Shown here piece by piece: positions 58,350 through 61,728 of a stretch of DNA of 61,728 nucleotides. The stretch is from Dehalococcoidia bacterium (GTDB lineage Bacteria; Chloroflexota; Dehalococcoidia; DSTF01; RBG-16-68-14): assembly GCA_040882355.1 (NCBI GenBank), contig JBBEBM010000073.1, positions 1 through 61,728 on the forward strand, in the 5' to 3' direction. Numbering within the stretch: position 1 is the first letter of the stretch; each line of letters starts with the position of its first letter. Both the position numbers and the translations under genes were made by a program. The notes below the pieces were generated by a model. The model did no database searches and was not told the origin of the DNA. It saw only the letters and a list, made by a program, of their open reading frames with translations.

Positions 58350-59348
58350 CTAGACACAGCTATGGCCGAACTGGACGACGACCGCGCCGATGTCGCCGAC
58401 AGCGATGGTGCCATCAGGCGGCAGAAGGTCCCATGGGTGGCCGCCGGGCGTCGACCCGCTGCGGTCGAAGGCGGCGTGGTAGCCGGTCGTGGCGGCGGGC
58501 GGCGTCAACGCTTCCGCCACTGCTTCGGCCGGCGTGGGCGGTATGGCGCGGCTCGCGCCGAAGCGGGCTACCACTCCGCCGATGTCGCCCACACCGATGA
58601 TCCTGTCCCTCTCCACAGGCAAGCCGTTCCAGACGTCCATGAAATCCCAGAAGCTGAGCGGGTCGTGATCGCCGCCCCCTTCAGGGCCGTTCCATACCTC
58701 CCTCGAGTCCAGGCAGCCGTCGCGGTCGGAGTCCATAATGAGGGGGTCGGTGCCGTAGTCGTTCACCTCCAGATAGTCCGATAGGTAGTCATGGTCCGTG
58801 TCGTTGTCGAGCGGATTGGTGTGGTAGATGTTGAATTCATCGGCGTTCATGAGCTGATCGAAGTCGGTGTCGCCCGTCGCAGTCACGACAGTAATCCATA
58901 TCGTCTCGCTATCCTGGGTTTGCCCATCATTGGCGAAGAACCAGAAGGGATAAGGGTCACTCCTGACCTGCTCCGGTGTCGGCGCCCAGGTGAACGTTCG
59001 GTCCACAAATGTGGCGCCGGGCGTCTGCGTCCACATGCTGTATTCCAGCGGGCCCCCGTTTGCGTCGGTAGCGTTGACCGTGATCTGGAGTGGCAGCCCC
59101 TCGATCGCGGCGTGAGGCCCAATCGGCGCGAGGCGCGGCGCATTGGGCGGAGGCGAGGCCCAGTCCGGCGCGGTATCACCGGCGGGATGGCTGGTCACTC
59201 TTTGCTCACTAAACCCGCCGGCGCTCATCACGTAGATGTCGGAGTTGCCGCCCGAGTCCTGCACGAAAGCGATCTGCTGGCCGTTGGGCGACCAGGCGGG
59301 CTCCGTGTCGCTCGCGAAGCTGTGTGTGCCTGACTGGCGAGGTAGTCG
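58350..59348 (-). CDS. Surface protein segment (PD40/TolB repeats, Ig-like domain, Asp-rich Ca-binding repeats, Chloroflexi-type C-terminal tail); no proper start
   Basis: DTEPAWSPNGQQIAF lies upstream of the first GTG (59264); DTDFD/DTDHD/DSDRDG repeats; duplicated I.VGDIG.VV..FG. Confidence 0.7.
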   Translation of the reverse strand, partial: RLPRQSGTHSFASDTEPAWSPNGQQIAFVQDSGGNSDIYVMSAGGFSEQRVTSHPAGDTAPDWASPPPNAPRLAPIGPHAAIEGLPLQITVNATDANGGPLEYSMWTQTPGATFVDRTFTWAPTPEQVRSDPYPFWFFANDGQTQDSETIWITVVTATGDTDFDQLMNADEFNIYHTNPLDNDTDHDYLSDYLEVNDYGTDPLIMDSDRDGCLDSREVWNGPEGGGDHDPLSFWDFMDVWNGLPVERDRIIGVGDIGGVVARFGASRAIPPTPAEAVAEALTPPAATTGYHAAFDRSGSTPGGHPWDLLPPDGTIAVGDIGAVVVQFGHSCV

Positions 59349-60692
59349 TCAGGGTGAGCCGGCTTGGGTGCCAGGCGTGTGTGTCAGGCGCCTGATCTCG
59401 CCAGTGCCGGCCTCCAGGTCCAGGGCGAGGTAGTAGACGTCGCCGCTTGGCCCCAGCTCGAAGTCGATCGGCTGCCCCCCATCGTCCAGGACGACCAGAA
59501 CGCTGCCCGGTACGAGCTCGTTGTTCCCATCAACCCTCAGCACGCTCACGGTGCCGCGCGCCCAGTCTGCGAAGAAGTACGCTCCGTCGAACTCAGGCGG
59601 ATAGTCACCGCCCTCGTAGAAGACGCCGCCGATGATCGCGGCGCCCTCAGAGATGGCGTAAGCGTAGACTGGCGCGGCGACCGCGACGCCCCGGGCGAAC
59701 AGGTCCTGGCAGGCGGGCAGAGCGCTCTGGTCGGGGTGCCGCTCGGCTCCCTCGTAGCAGGGCCAGCCGAAGTTCGATCCAGCGGGCCCTGCGTCGATCT
59801 CGTCCCAGTAGTCCGAGCCCACGTCGCCGATGAATGGCATGCCCGACCCGGGCCGGATGCCGAACCGGTACGGGTTCCTGAGCCCGTAAGCCCAGACCTT
59901 GGCGCGGTTGGCGGATGAGTCGCCGTCAAAAAACGGATTGTCGCCGGGCGCCGTCCCGTCGGTATTGATGCGGAGGATCTTGCCCGCCAGGCTGTCCAGG
60001 TCCTGCACGGGGAGGCGCAGCCCGTCGGGGTCCGGCGTGAAGTGCGACGCGTCGCCGGTCGACACGAAGAGCGTGCCGTCGAGCCCGAACCGAAGGCCTC
60101 CGCCGAAGTGGGCGAAGCCGTCCATGGGGATGCAGTCGGCGCCCTCGGGAAAGTCGTGGCAGGACGGGTGCAAAGCGTCGCCGACGATGCTGCCCAGCAG
60201 CACGACTTCGCTTCCAGGCGCCGCCTTATCACCGTCCGACGTGACGCGGATGAGCCGGCCGGTCTTGGCGGCGGTCGGCTTCGCGGAGTCGTTCTCGTAG
60301 GTGTAGTAGAGATAGACGTACCCGTTCTCCTCGAACTCTGGGTCGAGGGCGATCGCGGTCAGGCCGCGGTCGCCTAACGTGCTCACTGGTAGCCGGATGA
60401 AGGGTTCGGGTAACAACGCGCCCGCGCTCACGATGCGAACAGCGCCCTCCTTGCTCGCCACGAAGATGCGTCCGTCGTCAGCGAACGTGAAGTCCATCGG
60501 TTGGGGCAGACCTGCGATGACAGGCCCCCCCGCGAAGCCGCGCACGCTGTCGGCGGTGATCGGTGGCGGAGTGGCGGTGGGCGGCGGTGGTGTTGCCGTC
60601 TGCGTCGGCGAAGGCGCTTCGCGTGGACCCGCCTCGCACGCCGCCAGCCCCAGCACGGCGAGCGACAGCAGCAGGAGCCCCGACAGCGTCAC
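59349..60692 (-). CDS. PQQ-dependent glucose/sorbosone dehydrogenase family lipoprotein
   Basis: Lipobox LAAC; HFGGGLRFG.DG, GKILRI, YGLRNP, NFGWP; start uncertain. Confidence 0.9.
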   Translation of the reverse strand: MTLSGLLLLSLAVLGLAACEAGPREAPSPTQTATPPPPTATPPPITADSVRGFAGGPVIAGLPQPMDFTFADDGRIFVASKEGAVRIVSAGALLPEPFIRLPVSTLGDRGLTAIALDPEFEENGYVYLYYTYENDSAKPTAAKTGRLIRVTSDGDKAAPGSEVVLLGSIVGDALHPSCHDFPEGADCIPMDGFAHFGGGLRFGLDGTLFVSTGDASHFTPDPDGLRLPVQDLDSLAGKILRINTDGTAPGDNPFFDGDSSANRAKVWAYGLRNPYRFGIRPGSGMPFIGDVGSDYWDEIDAGPAGSNFGWPCYEGAERHPDQSALPACQDLFARGVAVAAPVYAYAISEGAAIIGGVFYEGGDYPPEFDGAYFFADWARGTVSVLRVDGNNELVPGSVLVVLDDGGQPIDFELGPSGDVYYLALDLEAGTGEIRRLTHTPGTQAGSP

Positions 60693-60790
60693 CGCAGAGC
60701 GCGTCTGGCGAGGTAGGGTGTCTCGTTGGCCGTGGTGAAAGGGGCGCACCTTCGGCGCCACGATAGCACACCGTTGCGCCACGGCGAATA

Positions 60791-60823
60791 GAGAGCGGGG
60801 GGCCCCCCGGGCCCCCCGCTCTC
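60791..60823 (-). terminator. Hairpin after the ALDH gene
   Basis: GAGAGCGGGGGGCCC-CCC-GGGCCCCCCGCTCTC perfect 15-bp stem. Confidence 0.75.
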
Positions 60824-60841
60824 AGCGTGCGCGTTCGCTCG

Positions 60842-61728
60842 TCAGCTCAGCTTGATCTGGATCGCCTTCGTCTGCATGTACTCAGAGAGGCCCTCGCGCC
60901 CGAGCTCGCGGCCGATGCCACTCTGCTTGTAGCCGCCGTACGGCATGTTCGGCAGCCCGGCGCTGTGGTAGGCGTTCACCCAGACGGTGCCCGCCTGCAG
61001 GCCCTTCGCCATCTTGAGAGCGGTGTTGATGTCGCGAGTCCAGACGGCGGCCGCCAGCCCGTACATCGAGGCGTTCGCGACGCGCAGGGCTTCGTCGGCG
61101 TCCTTGAACGTCAGCACGCTCAGCACGGGACCGAAGATCTCCTCCTGCGCGATCGTCATCTCGTTGGTCACCGCGTCGAAGATCGTCGGCTCGATGAAGA
61201 GGCCCTTCTCCAGCCCGCCGTTGGCCGGGCGCGAGCCGCCCGTGAGCAGCTTCGCCCCCTCGGCCTTGCCGGCGGCGATGTAGCGCTCCACGGTGCCGAG
61301 CTGGTTCTGGTCGATCACGGGGCCCATGGTCGTCGTCGGGTCCAGCGGGTCGCCGAGCTTGACGGTCTTCGTGAAGGCGAGCAGCTTCTCGACGAACTGG
61401 TCCTTGATCGACTCGTGGAGCAGCAGGCGCGAGCCCGCCTGGCAGACCTGGCCCGTGTTCAGGTAGATCGCGAAGAACGCGCCGCCGACGGCCTGATCGA
61501 TGTCAGCGTCCGCGAAGACAACGTTGGGAGACTTTCCGCCGAGCTCCAGCGAGATCTTCTTGATGTTCGACGACGCTGCCTTCATCACCGAGCGACCGAC
61601 TTCCGTCGAGCCGGTGAAGGCGATCTTGTCGATCTTCGGGTGCTCGGCCATGTGCTGGCCGATTCGGGAGCCGGGGCCGGTGATGACGTTCATTACGCCG
61701 TTGGGCACGCCCGCCTCCTGCATGATGC
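60842..61728 (-). CDS. Aldehyde dehydrogenase (5' end outside window)
   Basis: FTGSTEVG, LELGGKSP, GQVCQAG, EEIFGPV. Confidence 0.96.
   Translation of the reverse strand, partial: IMQEAGVPNGVMNVITGPGSRIGQHMAEHPKIDKIAFTGSTEVGRSVMKAASSNIKKISLELGGKSPNVVFADADIDQAVGGAFFAIYLNTGQVCQAGSRLLLHESIKDQFVEKLLAFTKTVKLGDPLDPTTTMGPVIDQNQLGTVERYIAAGKAEGAKLLTGGSRPANGGLEKGLFIEPTIFDAVTNEMTIAQEEIFGPVLSVLTFKDADEALRVANASMYGLAAAVWTRDINTALKMAKGLQAGTVWVNAYHSAGLPNMPYGGYKQSGIGRELGREGLSEYMQTKAIQIKLS

Noticed and set aside
42576..59351. Selenocysteine at the rplJ and PQQ-dehydrogenase TGA codons
   Set aside because: No Cys-equivalent context or clear SECIS-like hairpin, unlike the TGA at 16106.
85..61283. Many long overlapping antisense or alternate-frame ORFs (e.g. 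41869-43452, 45896-47428, 55151-56539)
   Set aside because: Shadow ORFs expected in high-GC DNA opposite clearly identified genes.
1..61728. CRISPR array, prophage, transposase or integrase
   Set aside because: No regularly spaced repeat-spacer pattern or matching protein motifs seen.

Overview
High-GC bacterial chromosome segment from a draft or metagenome assembly (one 100-N gap at 17622-17721). Gene content and style suggest Chloroflexota, probably a heterotrophic Dehalococcoidia lineage (inference, no search run). The core block is tRNA-Thr/Tyr/Thr-tuf-rpmG-secE-nusG-rplK-rplA-(VOC)-rplJ-rplL, plus murJ, proA, radC, a split transketolase and glycerate kinase. The rest is mostly catabolic: SDRs, crotonases, family III CoA transferases, an LLM monooxygenase, acyl-CoA ligase, ADH and ALDH. 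Other loci are larB/larC, a copper cluster (NirK-like, two-domain multicopper oxidase, cupredoxin), a lower-GC methyltransferase-endonuclease fusion and several lipoproteins. Signals the ORF track does not show: a probable selenocysteine (UxxC) lipoprotein thioredoxin with a SECIS-like hairpin; CTG and ATC start codons; a covarying cloverleaf REP-like element; a repeat inserted in-frame in a protein; a candidate structured leader RNA; a Rieske-like protein without Fe-S ligands; a degenerate 2H protein inside the lar operon; a tandem pair of unknown paralogs; and several frameshifted or truncated genes. No CRISPR array, rRNA, transposase or integrase was seen.
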